A DNA stretch of 64,000 nt from the human T2T-CHM13v2.0 reference genome, Homo sapiens. Each line of letters starts with the position of its first letter. Within the stretch, counting starts at the first letter, position 1. Below are positions 39,513 to 53,139 of this stretch, piece by piece. A program made the position numbers and the translations under genes. Where the stretch lies: the NCBI RefSeq assembly GCF_009914755.1, contig NC_060934.1; one strand, given 5' to 3'. Below the pieces are notes generated by a model. That model was not told the DNA's origin. It searched no databases and saw only the letters and a list, made by a program, of their open reading frames with translations.

Positions 39513-42500
39513 ATGAAGACAAAATCAAAAACATACTTATCCATACTAACTTTGAATGTAAATGAACGAAATGCCCCACTTAAAAGACAGAGTGGTAGGC
39601 TGAATAAAAATACAAGACCCAATCATTTATTGTCTTAAAGAAACCCAACTCACATGTAATAAAACCCACAGACTCAAAAGGAAGAATGGAGAGAGATCTA
39701 CTGTGCAAACAGAAAACATTAAAGAACAGGAGTTGCTATTCTTTTGTCAGATAAAACAGACTTTAAACCAGTAAAAATTAAGAAAGACAAAGAAGGGCAT
39801 TATATAATGATAAAGGGTACAATCCAACAAGAAACCTTAACTAACCTAAATATATATTGCACCCAAATTGGAGCATCCAGATTCATAAAGCAAGTTATTT
39901 TTGGCCTGTGAAAAGACTTAGATAACCACATAATAAGAGTAGGAGACTTAAGCACCCCATTGACAGAATTAGGTAGATGGTTAAAGGCAGAAAACTAACA
40001 AACTCTGGACTTAAACCTGACATTTCACCAATTGGATCTAATAGACATCCAGAGAACACTCCACCCAACACTCACAGAATATACACTCTTCTCATCTACA
40101 CACTGAACGTATTCTAGGTTCAATTACATATTCAGTCATAAAGCAAGTATCAATAAATTTAAAAAATTATACCAAGCATGCTCTTGGACCACAGTGCAAT
40201 AAAAATAGAAATCAATGTCAAGACAATGCCTCAAAACTACAGAAATACATGCAAATTCACAAGTTTCTCCTGAATAACTCCAAAGTGAACATTAAATTAA
40301 GGCAAAAATAAAAAATATTTGAAATTAATAAAAATAGGGACACAACTTACCAAAATCTCTGAGATGCAGCCAAAGTACGGTTAAGTGGAAAGTTTATAGC
40401 CCTAAATGCTTTCATCAAGAAGTTAGGAAGATCTCAAATTAACAATCTAACTTTTTACCCAACGTAACTAGGAAAGGAAAAAAAGAACAAGCCAACTCCA
40501 AAAACTAGCAGAAGAAGAGAAATAACTAAAATTAGAGAAGAACTTAATGAAATTGAGATGCAAAAATCTATATAAATATCAATGAAACCAATAGTTGATT
40601 CTTCAAAAAAATAAATAAGATTGATAGACCCTCTAGCTAAATCAGCAAAGAAAAAAAAAGAGAAGACCCAAATAAATACAATTAGCAATGACAAAGATAA
40701 TATTACAACTGATCCCACGGAAATACAAAAGGTCCTCCAAGAATTCTATGAACAACCCTATGCACACAAATTGGTAAATCTAGAGGAAATGGAAACACAC
40801 AGTCTCCCAAGATTGAATCAGGAAGAGACTGAAACTCTGAAAAAACCAATATCAAGCTCTGAAGTTGAATCAGTAATTTAAAAATTCTACCAACCAAATA
40901 AAGCTTTGGACCAGGTGGATTCATAGCCAAATTTTACCAGTCATACAAAGATGAATTGATACCAATTCACAGATATCTCCCACTCTACTGGTACCAATTG
41001 ACTGTATTAGTCAGTTTTGGAATGGCTCCTGATGAAGCCATTCCAAAAAAAAAAAAAAAAAAATGAGAAGGAGGATCTCCTCCCTAACTCATTCTATGAA
41101 GCCAGTATCAACCTAATACCAAAATCAGGCAGAGAGACATAACAAAGAAAGAAAACTTCAGGCTAATATCCCCAGTGAACATACACACAAAAGTCCTCAA
41201 CAAACTGCTATCAAATCAAACCCAGCAGCACATCAAAAAGTTAATTCACCATGATCAAGCAGGCTTTATTCCTGGGGTGCAAGATTGGTTCAACATACAC
41301 AAATTAATAAATGTGATTCACTACATAAAGAGAATTAAAAGCAAAAACAATACGTTCATCTCAGTAGATTCAGGAAAAGCTCTTGATAAAATCCAACATA
41401 CCTCAAAATAATAAGTGCCATCTGTGAAAAGTCCACAGCCAACATCATATTGAATGGGCAAAAGCTGAAACCACTCCCCTTGAGAATGAGAATAATGCAT
41501 GGATGCCCACTCTTACCACTCCTTTTCAACATAGTACTGGAAATCCCAACCAGAGCAATCATAAAAGAGAAAGAAATAAAAGGCATCTGATATAGTTTGG
41601 CTGTGTCCTCACCCAAATCTCAACTTGAATTGTATCTCCCAGAGTTCCCACATGTTGTGGGAGAGACTCAGGTGGAGGTAATTGAATCATGGAGGCTGGT
41701 CTTTCCTATGCTATTCTTGTGATAGTGAATAGGTCTCAGAAGACCTCATGGGTTTATCAGGGGTTTCTGCTTTTGCTTCTTCCTCATTTCTCTTGCCACT
41801 GACATGTAAGAAGTACCTTTCACCTCCCACCATGATTCTGAGGCCTCCCCTGCCATGTGGAACTATAAGGCCAATTAAATATCTTTTTCTTCCCAGTCTC
41901 AGGTATGTCTTTATCAGCAGCATGAAAACTGACTAATACAGTCAATTGCTACCAGTAGAGTGGGGCATTGGTGAAAAGATATCCAAAAATGTGAACGCTA
42001 CTTTGGAACTGGGTAGCAGGCAGAGGTTGGAACGATTTGGAGGGCTCAGAAGAAGACAGAAAAATGTGGGAAAATTTGGAAGCTCCTAGAGACTTGTTAA
42101 ATGGCTTTGACAAAAATGCTTATAGTGATATGAACAATAAAGTCCAGGCTGAGGTGGTCTCAGATGGAGATGAGAAACTTGTTGAGAACTGGAGCAAAGG
42201 TGACTCTTGTTATGTTTTAGCAAAGAGACTAGCGGCATTTTGCCCTGGCTTAGAGATTTGTGGAACTTTAAACTTGAGAGAGTTGATTTAGGTATCTGGC
42301 GGAAGACATTTCTGAGCAGAAAAACATTCAAAATATCACTTGGGTGCTGTTAAAAGCATTCCATGTTAAAAGAGAAACAGAGCATAAAAGCTTAGAAAAT
42401 TTGCAACCTGACGATGCAGTAGAAAAGAAAAACCCATGTTTTGAGGAGAAATTCAAGCCAGCCACAGAAATTTGCATAAGTAGCAAGGAGACTAATGTTA

Positions 42501-45500
42501 ATCCCCAAGATCATGGGAAAAATGTCTCCAGGCCATGTCAGAGAACTTCACGGCAGCCCCTCCCATCACAGTCCCAAAGACCCAGGAGGAAAATGTGGTT
42601 TCGTGGGCTGAGCCCAGGGTCCCTGTGCTGTGTGCAAACCTAGGGACTTGGTGCCCTGTGTCGCAGCCACTCCAGCTGTGGCTGAAAGGGGCCAATATAG
42701 AGCTCAGGCTGTGGCTTCAGGGGGTGTAATTCCCAAACCTTGGCAGCTGTCACGTGGTGTTGAGCCTGTGGGTGCACAGAAGTCAAGAATTGAGGTTTGC
42801 TGCACATAAAATTAAAAAAAAAGAAAGGAAAAAAAAAAGAATTGAGGTTTGGGAACCTCTGCCTAGATTTCAGAAGATGTATGGAAACGCTTGGATGCCC
42901 AGGCAGAAGTTTGCTGCGGGCGCGATGCTCTCATGGAGAACCTCTTCTCAGGCAGTGTGGAAGGAAAATGTGGGGTCAGAGCCCCCACACAGAGTCCCTA
43001 CTGGAGCACTGCCTAGTGGAGCTGTGAAAAGAGGGCCACTGTGCTCCAGACTCCAGCTTGCACCTGCACCTGGAAAAGCCACAGATACTCAATGCCAGCC
43101 CATGGAAGCAGCCAGGAGGGAGGCTGTACCCTGCAAAGCCATGAGGCAGAGCTGCCCAAGACCATGGGAACCCACCTCTTGCATCAGCATGACCTGGATA
43201 TGAGACCTGGAGTCAAAAGAGATCATTTTGGAGCTTTAAATTTTGACTGCCCTGCGGGATTTTTGACTTGCATGGGCCCTGTAACCCCTTTGCTTTGGCC
43301 AGTTTCTCCCATTTGGAATGGCTGTATTTACTCAATACCTGTACCTCCTTGTATCTAGAAAGTAACTAGCTTGCTTTTGATTTTACAGGCTCATAGGTGG
43401 ACGGGACTTGCCTTGTCTCAGATGAGAATTTGGTCTGTGGACCTTAGGTTAATGTTGAAATAAGTTAAGACTTTGGGGGACTGTTGGGAAGGCATGATTG
43501 GTTTTGAAATGTGAGGACATGAGACTTGGAGGGGGCGGGGTGGAATGATATGGTTTGGCTGTGTCCCCACCCAAATCTCAACTTGATTTGTATTTCCAAG
43601 AATTCCCTCGTGGTGTCGGAGGGACCCAGGGGAAGATAATTGAATCGTGGGGGGCAGTCCTTCCCATCCTTTTCTCGTGACAGTGAATAAGTCTCATGAA
43701 ATCTGCTGGGTTTATCAGGTGTTTCTGCTTTTGCTTCTTCCTCATTTTTCGCTTGCTCCCACCATGTAAGAAGTGCCTTTTATCTTCCCCTATGATTCTG
43801 AGGCCTCCCCAGCTATATGGAACTGTAAGTCCAATTAAACCTCTTTTTCTTCCCAGTCTTCAGTATGTCTTTATCAGCAGCGTGAAAACGGACTAATACA
43901 GCATCCAACTAGGAAAAGAAGGAGTCAAACTATCTCTCTTTGGTGATAATGTGATTCTACACTTAGAAAATTCTTAAGACTCTGTCAAAAGGCTACGGGA
44001 ACTGTTAAACAATTTTATTATAGTAAGGTTGCAGGATAAAAAAAATCAATGTACAAAAATCAGTAACATTTCTATACACCAATAACATTCAGGCTGAGAG
44101 CAAAATCAAGAACACAATCCCATTTACAGTAGCTACAAACAAAATGAAATATCTAGGAATACAACTAACCATGGAGGTGAAAGATCTCTACAATGAGAGT
44201 TACAAAGCACTGCTAAAAGAAATCTGAGATGACACAAATAAATAAAATAACATCCAATGCTCATTAATTGGAAGAATCAATATTAAAATGGCCCTACTGC
44301 CAAAGCAATTTACAGATTCAAAGCTATCACTGTCAAACTACCGACAACATTCTTCACATAATTAGAAAAAAACTATTTTAAAATTCATGTGGAACCAAAA
44401 CAGAGGACAAATAGCCAAATAAATCCTAAGTGAAAAAAACAAAGCCAGAGGCATCATACTACCTGATTTCAAACTATACTATAAGGCTATAGTAACCAAA
44501 CAGCACAGTACTGGTACAAAAACAGACAAATAGACCAATGGAACAGCATAGAATATTCAGAAATAAAGCTGTACACCAACAACAATCTGATCTTTGACAA
44601 GGCCAATAAAAACAAGAGATGGAGAAAATACTCCCTATTCAATAAATGGTGTTAAGATACCTGGCTAGCCATTATGCAGAAGAATGAAACAAGATGCTAA
44701 CCTTTCACCATATACAAAAATTAACGCAAGATGGATTAAAGATTTAAATATGAGACCTCAAACTATAAAAATCCTGGAAGAAAATTCAGGAAATTCACTT
44801 CTCAACATTGGCTTAGCAAAGAATTTATGACCAAGCTCCCAAAAGCAACTGAAACAAAAAAAAAAAAATTGACAAGTGAGACAAGAGTTTTGCACAGCAA
44901 AAGAAACCATCAACAGAATAAACAGACAGCCTACACAATGGGGGAATATATTCACAAACTATACATCTGATAAAGGTCTAATATCCAGAATCTAAGAGAA
45001 ACTGAAGTAAATCAACAAGTGAAAAATGACCTCATTACAAAGTGGGCAAAAGACATGAACAGACACTTTTCAAAAGAAGACAGACAAGTTGCTAACAAAT
45101 ATCTGAAAAAAAAATGCTCTTCACTAATCATCAGAGAAATGCAAAATGAGATACCATCTCACACCAATCAGAATAACTATTATTAAAAAGTCAAAACAAT
45201 AGATGCTGGCAAGGTTGCAGAGAAAAGGGAACTCTTATACACTGTAGGAATGTAAATCAGTCCAACCACTGTGGAAACCCGTTTGGAGATTTCTCAAAGA
45301 GCTTAAACAGAGCTACCATTGGACCCAGCAATCCCATTACTGGGTATATATCCAAAAGAAAGTAAATCATTAAACCAAAAAGTCACATGCACACGTATGT
45401 TCATCACAGCTCTATTCACAATAGCAAAGACATGGAATCAACCTAGGTGCCTATCAATGGTGGATTAGATAAAAAAAATGTGGTACATATATACCATAGA

Positions 45501-45600
45501 ATACTATGCAGCCATAAGCAAGAATAAAATCATGTCCTTTACAGTAACATGGATGGAGCTGGAGGCCATAACCCTAAATAAATTAATGAAGGAGCAGAAA
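39513..45600 (+). pseudogene. L1 ORF2 (endonuclease/RT) remnant, disrupted
   Basis: Peptides 40621-40881 ([10 protein letters not shown]...LPRLNQEE) and 41175-41411 ([25 protein letters not shown]). Confidence 0.88.
41588..43900 (+). mobile_element. Full THE1A MaLR element (LTR 41588-41940, internal 41941-43545, LTR 43546-43900)
   Basis: THE1A-type LTRs (aatctcaacttga...gactaataca), THE1-int sequence, perfect 5-bp TSD gcatc. Confidence 0.93.
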
Positions 45601-45957
45601 ACCAATTACCACATGTTTCACTTATAAGTGGGAGCTAATCATTGAGCACCCATGGACATAAACATGGGAACAACAGACACTGCTGACTACTGCGCAAGGA
45701 GTGTGGGTTGATAGACTACCTATTGGGTACTAGGCACACTACCTAGGTCCAATATACCCATGTGACAATTCTAAACATGTACCTCCTGTGTCTAAAATAA
45801 ATGCTGATATTAAATAAATCAGCAAATTTCATAATATTGATAACAGCATGATGATAATAATGCAGAAAATGTCCTTCTTAAGAGATTACACACACACGCA
45901 CACATATACACAGAGGTATAGAGGGAAAAATGTAGATAAATAGATGGATAAGTAGAT

Positions 45958-46328
45958 TGATATGGTTTGGCCATGTCCCCATCCAAATCTCATCTTGAAT
46001 TGTAGTTCCCATGATCCCCTCATGTCATGGTAAGGACCTGGTGAAAGGTAATTGAATCATGGGGGCAGTTACCCCCATGCTGCTATTCTTGTGATAGTGA
46101 GTGAATTCTCAAGGTCTGATGGTTTTATAAGTGGGTTTTCCCCCTTTGTTCAGCACTTCTCCTTCCTGCATCATGTTAAGAATGACATGTTTGCTTCCTC
46201 TTCTGCCCTGATTGTAAGTTTCCTGAGGCTTCCCCCAGCCATGTGGAACTGTGAGTCAATTACGCCTCTTTTCTTTATAAATTACCCAGTCTTGGGCAGT
46301 TATAGCAGTGTGAGAACAAACTAATACA
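45958..46328 (+). mobile_element. THE1 solo LTR (THE1C-like)
   Basis: tgatatggtttggccatgtccccatccaaatctcatcttgaattgtagttccc...ctaataca. Confidence 0.9.
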
Positions 46329-49300
46329 TGTATGATAGCTTGGTAGGTAGATAATCTTACCTATATCTTTATCGAATCTGTATCTTTTCTTTTACTAATC
46401 CAGGCTGTAACTCAGGGCCATGCCTTTCATGCAGTCTCCTCTAATTGGGAACAGTTTCTCCTCTTTTCTTTCTCTTTCATGATTTTGACACTTTTGAAGA
46501 GTCGAACTATGTGTTTTTGTTTTTATAGACTATTCCTCAATTTGTATTTGTCTCATGATTACACCCAGGCAATGCATTTCTAGTAGCACTACTGTAGAAG
46601 TGATTATCTGCCCTACTCAGAAAATCCCACCAGGAGGCACATAGTGCCTATTTATTTTCTTGTTGGTGAAGTTTACATCTGTCACTTGGCAAACATGGAT
46701 TTTCCAGGCTTCTCCACTGTAAAGAAAACTTGGTTCATCATTCTCAATTTACTATTTCCAAATTTCTTCAAACAACCTTCATAGTGATATCTGACATGTT
46801 CCTCTGTTCATAGAAGCCATCACCTTTTGCGTTTTATACACTTACACAAAAGAACCATTTGCATTATATTGGTGACCTTAAAACTCAATCAGTCTTGGTG
46901 AAATCTTTTTTTGAGAGTCTGTATTTGTTTCTGCCACATTAAAAATAATTTTCATTATATCTGCATATAACAGTGCAACACAGAGGCTGGGCATCTTAAT
47001 CATGTGGGTGGGCCCCTTGCAGAGGCTCAGTGTGTTTAAAAACATACTCTTCTATTTAAGGGTTGTGTTGGGCAAACACCAAGTAACTTTCACAGCTTTG
47101 AGGTAGTAACTTTGATTCATGGGCCTCTCAAAGCTTCTATGATTTGCATTACTATAGTTAGAAGGTTTTATTAAAAGTTATACATTATAATAACCCAGAT
47201 TTAAGAAAAACGAATATGGGTTTTAATACATTAATGTTCTAGCTACACAGCTAATTAAACATTCAGAAAATCAAAAATACTAAGATTAAGATTTGAATGT
47301 TTCAAATGATTTTTAAGACTGAAAAATAACATGTTTGGTTATTAATGTGGCTACCAAACTGATTTCCTTTGCTTTAGCTGCACACCTCAGAGAGCAATGA
47401 CGAGGAAGCCAGGATCCAGGGACTTTCATTTGGGGAGATATCTTCAGGCACGCAGGTCATCAGATCTATTTTAACAATAGGATTTCCCCATACAATGATG
47501 GACATATGATGGATTACATGTGAAATAAATAAATGAGTAAGTGAAGAAAAGAGGAGAAAGAGTGGATGTCCTAAATCTAAGCAGAGCAATAGGATTAGCA
47601 GTATGGACACAGCCTTCAGGAGGAGTGAGGCAATATGACAGGCCCACCTGTGATGGAAAATGCCAGGCACCTTGCAAAACTCGTGAATTAAGAGAATTCT
47701 CAAGCTTGACACATTAGAGGTGAAATAGGAAATCATTCAGGCTTTCTTTCCCTTGATGGATGGAGCCTAGTAGTACATTCTGGCTTTGAAAACAAATATA
47801 CCCAGAAGAATGAAAGGGAGGTAACTGCCGGAAGAGAGTAAATTCAGAAGCCACTGTTCTCCCAATTATCTTTGGAAGAGATAAAGATTTATGGAAAGAT
47901 GTTTATTCAGGAAGATCAATGGTTTCCTGTCCAGTTCTGGGTACCCAGCAGAAAATTTTCATTTTTTATGGTGAGTGGAGAACACCAATTTATCTTTCTT
48001 TTCAGAGGCTACAGTTGACTGGGGGTGCGGAGAGTGAGCACACCTAACTTGGTCTCCTCCATCACTATCTTCCTGGAAATGGTTCAATAAATTTACCTTA
48101 GGAAAATATCCAGCAGTGCATTTGCTTCCTACAAGAAGTTTTGATGGCCCTCCTGTAGGACTTGGGCTGGCAGAACAGATTTGGACAGAAAGGACGGTGA
48201 GGGGGAAGGAAAGCTACTGAGTAACAGCCACAGCCCACAATTGCTCCTCAGGCTGAGATCTGTGGAGCAAAGTCACTGTGCAGCAAAAGGTAATGTGAGC
48301 GCCCAGAGCACTCAGCAACAGCCAGGGGACCAAAGCGTCAAACCGGAGCTGAGTTGTGAGACAGAGGGAGGATGAAGTATGGTTCTTCCTTTTGCTTTCA
48401 TTGGCCAGGCATATATTAAGTGGCATTTATCCCAAGAGCTCTGCTCATTCCCAAAACACCCATTCCATTCCCTACAGCCCACGGTGGTCCAACACAAGTT
48501 TAGGTAGCAATTCTCACTGTGGGTCCGGCAGGAGGCAGAGACTTTTGGCAAGAAAAGATGGTAGCAAATAGAAGAGATTTTTCAGCAAAATGCTTTCTGA
48601 TGTTTGTAGAGATTCTATCTCCCCAGGGAGCCTGCCCCACTTCCCCATTCCTGTCTATCCATCTGCCTTAACAATCTGTTCCTCAGAGACTCCACGGCTC
48701 TGTAAAAGCTGACCTGGGTAACCATAGCCATCCCCATGTAAGTGATCTGCTTCTAACCCAATTTTCCATCTGAGTTAACAAGACGAAGTGAGTTGAAGCA
48801 ATTGGACTTTGATTCCCAGTGAGCCTGTAACAGAGCCTACATTTAGAAAAGAACTCATCTTTCTCCTCCCCAAGCTGTTCATGACAGCCACTATGTCCCT
48901 GAGCCTTTGAGCTGCACTTAGATATGGTCTCAATTAATATTTACTTAAGCACCAGATGGACATTTTCCAGCCCATACCAGCGGGCAGATCATGCGGAAGA
49001 GTTCCTCACCCCTCCTAAGTCAGGCACCATTAATCCTTCAATAATCAGTCAATCAAGCAATCGATCTACTTTTGCCAATTAATAAAAGAAAACTTCTAAA
49101 GGCATGCATGCTTCCCCCCCGCAATCACTCATTTTAGCATTCCTATCACCGTGGACCATCTGACAGCTTGTAATTTTTTTTTTAAGCAAAGCTTGAAGAG
49201 GAAGACATTAGAACCTTCTGAGAAACTTTCTTACTCATTGCCTGAGATAGGTTATGTTCTTGCCTCTTATTCTGTTCTTTCTTTTAAAAAGTTCATTTCC

Positions 49301-49904
49301 TTTTTTAAAAGCAGCAAAACTATCTATAATCTGATGCATTAAAATAGCTTTCCCGTTACTAATGAAACCAATTTTTAGAACTAGCATTCAATTTGGCAGT
49401 TTTAATTATGGACATATTTCCAAATCTGATGAGAGTACCCAAGATATATTGGACTGTGGCTTTATGTTTTATTCCAGGAAGAAAAAAATTCTACCCTCAG
49501 TTGCCCAGATCGCTTGCTTAGCATTATGACAATCACAAGCACTGGATTGGTGAAGGACATGGATAAGTCAGACAGATGGGGAGGCAGAGAATGACAAAGG
49601 CATGGCTTCAGACAAGCAGTGACTGAGGACAGCAGGGTGGGGGTGCTGAGCGTTCTGTAGGGAGGAAAGAATGGGAAATAAGCCTGAGCCTCAGGGAGGC
49701 TGGGAACCAGAGGTAGGGGTGGCTCTGTGGAGGATTTGTTTTAAACAATCCCTCCCAATCCATCTCTGAGTGTGGTGACATTAGCAGAAATAGAGAGCAT
49801 GTGGCATTTGAGGAACATTTCAGTTTCTTCTGCCTGCTTAGACCACACTGTGCAACAGAGAATTTATTAGCTCACAAAACATAATTTATTGGGGCATAAT
49901 ATAC

Positions 49905-50286
49905 TGTATTAGGCCATTCTTGCATTGCTATAAAGTAATACCTCAGACTGGGTAATTTATAAGTAGAAAGGTTTAATTGGCTTACCATTCTGCAGGCGAT
50001 CCAGGAAGCAAAATGGCATCTGCTTCTGAGGGGGCCTCAGGGTGCTTCCAATCATGGTGGAAGGCAAAGGGAGAGCAAGCACATCACATGGCAAAAGCAG
50101 GAGCAGAGAGAGCATGGAGGGGGAGGTGCCACACACTTTCAAATGACTAGACCTCATGAGAGCTCACTCACTGCAGTGAAGACAGCACCAAGCTATGAGG
50201 GATCCATGTCCATGACTCAAACACCTTCCATCAGGCCCCACCTCCAGCATTGGCCCCACCTCCAGCATAATATCCAAACCATATTA
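49905..50286 (-). mobile_element. MaLR solo LTR (MSTA/MSTB)
   Basis: tgtattaggccattcttgcattgctataaag...ccaaaccatatta. Confidence 0.9.
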
Positions 50287-50644
50287 TATTTGAATCCAGT
50301 TTTCCATGTATGAGTAGATCTGCTTTTAGGAAATGCCCAACCTGAGGAGCTGTGTACAGGAAACAAGAAATGCAAAGCACTGAGCCCAATGCCCTGCATG
50401 GAGCAGAGGCTTAATATATATTTCTTAAATGAATAAAATGATAAATGGATGAATGGATATAAGTTTATTCCCTTTCCACATTCTGATTTCTGCAAGGTCT
50501 ATGATTTGGAGACCAACTGAGGATCCTAAGTGATCTTATTTATCTGGGTAATCACTCCAGGGCTGAAAGTAGGTCTGAAATATCAGCCTCACCCAGCCAA
50601 GTACTAACTTACAGCAAACTAGTGGGAAATAAAAAGCAGAGATA

Positions 50645-50900
50645 ATAACTAACATTGGTTCAGAGTGCACTGTCTGTCTGATGCATTTCCAAATGCATAC
50701 ATGTACTAACCTGTAATCATCACAATGATCCTATTAATATAATAGAGACACAATTTTTAATTCCACTAACAGATGAGAAAAATGAAGCTCAGAAAAATTA
50801 AATAACTTGCTCAAAGACATTCTGCTTGTAAAGAGCAGAGCCAGGAGTTGAACCCAGGCGGTTTGGCTCAAAGCCTGAATTCCTAACTTCTGTGAAGCTC
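50645..50900 (-). mobile_element. MIR
   Basis: acagatgagaaaaatgaagctcagaaaaattaaataacttgctcaaag...gagccaggagttgaacccagg. Confidence 0.8.
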
Positions 50901-51504
50901 TGCTTCTCCCGGCAGGATGAGCTCCTGAGAATCCATTAACTGGAGGATGTGGGACTGACCCCAGTGATAAAAACTGCAGTCCAAATACTATAATCAAATG
51001 AAAGCTGGTCTTGAGGAAGAAAATGAACATGATCATCCCCAGGCAATGGATGTCACTAGTAAAAGGAGGTGGTTTTTGGCAAAGGTGGTTCATTCAGTTT
51101 AGCAGAAAATCCCTGCCTGAGACTGTATTTGAGGAGACAAGGACTTCCCCTAGTGAGAGCAATGTGGTAGTGACTAGGAAGGATGTTAGGACATCAGAAA
51201 ACTGAGGAGAGCAAGAGAACAAAGCAGTAAGTGAGATAAGAGGACAAATTGCACTGTGGACATGTGGTGGGGATTAGTGAAAGTCTACAATCTATCAATA
51301 ATAAATTATGATTAAGGGTTAGGGTAGCAAGGCTAATCTAGTCTCTTTCTGCAAATGGCCTGGCTTGCTGAAATGTAGCCAGGTTTTCTCAGGGTCTGGA
51401 TGGCCTGACTGAGAAAGTTCCAGGCCTTAAGGACTCGGAGAATGATTGCTGAGGTCAGAAGCCAACACAAGTATGCAAAGGTAGGCACAAAAGCTAACCA
51501 TCTA

Positions 51505-51805
<301 letters not shown>

Positions 51806-53139
51806 CTAACCATCTGTTCCAGGGAGGAGCAAACAGGTGGCAGGCAAGTGGTCCTAGCAAGAGGCTGAGATGGAATCCAGTATCCAGAATAGCCATTCAA
51901 ATAGACGATGAGCAGACAATTAACAGATGGGTGGCATCGGGTGTCCAGAGTACTGCAGGTGGGCAGTTGAATAGTATCTGTTGATAACCAGAGGTATAGA
52001 TGGAAATACAGCTGAGAAATGGTGACTATGGTCCACCTGAGGTCTAGACAACTCGCTGATGAGGTCAGACACCAGCAGAGGCACAGGTGACTAGAAGAAC
52101 ATCATATCACAGGATGACTGGCATTCAGATAGTACTGTGGGATCCCAACATGTACAGGTATGCTTTGCTGTCCAAATTCTCCACAATCCAAACTTTTCCA
52201 AACTTGAGTATTGGAAAGCATTGTAGAGGTAGTGATTTTTGTATCAGGAAGCCAGTCTAATGGAGATGGGGCTCCATGGAGTAGATTATCCTGAAGCTGG
52301 AAGGACTGGAGAAAACCTTGGTGCCAGGCTAGTACATATAATGCCACAAATTAAGTGCTACATGGCCTTTTCTTGTAGGATCTCAGCCCTAAGGGCAGGT
52401 CAAACAGGCTGTAATGTCCTGATCCACTGGTTGGAGTCGATATTTCAGCTCCTAGTTCCCTGCCCAGTTGCTCTCCATACCACAAGAGGCCCCACACAGC
52501 AAGGGATGAGCCCAGCCTGCTGAAAAGTAATTATACGCCAGGCCCAACAGGCTCCTATAGAGGCCCCACCTAATGGTTTCAGGCCACAAGGCACTCTGTC
52601 CAATGTAGGGCTCTGAGAAATCCTGGTATGTGAAAATGACCAATCCAAGCCTTCAGGCCCCTAAAGGAATTTTCTGGCCTTCTCATTTTGCCATACTTAA
52701 CAATAAAAGGAATCAAATCAGGAACCTACCCCACCACTGCACCCCATGTACATACACATTTATGCTCTTGGAAATATGACTTCTGTTCCACAGTTGGCAT
52801 GCATTTCCCTTCTATGAACACTTCCTTCTCTTGTTCTACCTAGCCTCAGCTAACGTTTCCTTCCAAGTATGGTTAGGCCAACCTTGTTCCCTTCTTCCAT
52901 TAAGCCAGCCTCTTCCTGTACTGCGCTCACTCCTCAGCCTTCATTTAACCTCTAGAGTAGATTGTAGACAACTTTGCAGAATCCTGCAGCCCTGTGAAAA
53001 ATGACAGAGCAAACAAAACAAGGGCTGAGCACAGTGAGCCAACAGCCTTTTGCTGACTGTGGTTTCACATGGCTCAGCCAAGTCTTAGTCCTGCTCAGGC
53101 TCTTTGGCTCCTCTTGGTCCCATGGTCACAGGGCACCCT

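Larger units (their letters stand above)
37065..45823 (+). mobile_element. Full-length decayed L1 (L1PA16/17-like) interrupted by THE1A
   Basis: 5'UTR (aagatggccaattagatgcagccagg), ORF1 remnant from ~38410, ORF2 remnant from ~39513, L1PA17-like 3' end, TSD acatttcctagtatt/aaatttcataatatt (12/15). Confidence 0.9.

Noticed and set aside
42344-43358. ORFs of 99-149 aa
   Set aside because: Fragments of THE1-int sequence; frameshifted and interrupted by an insertion
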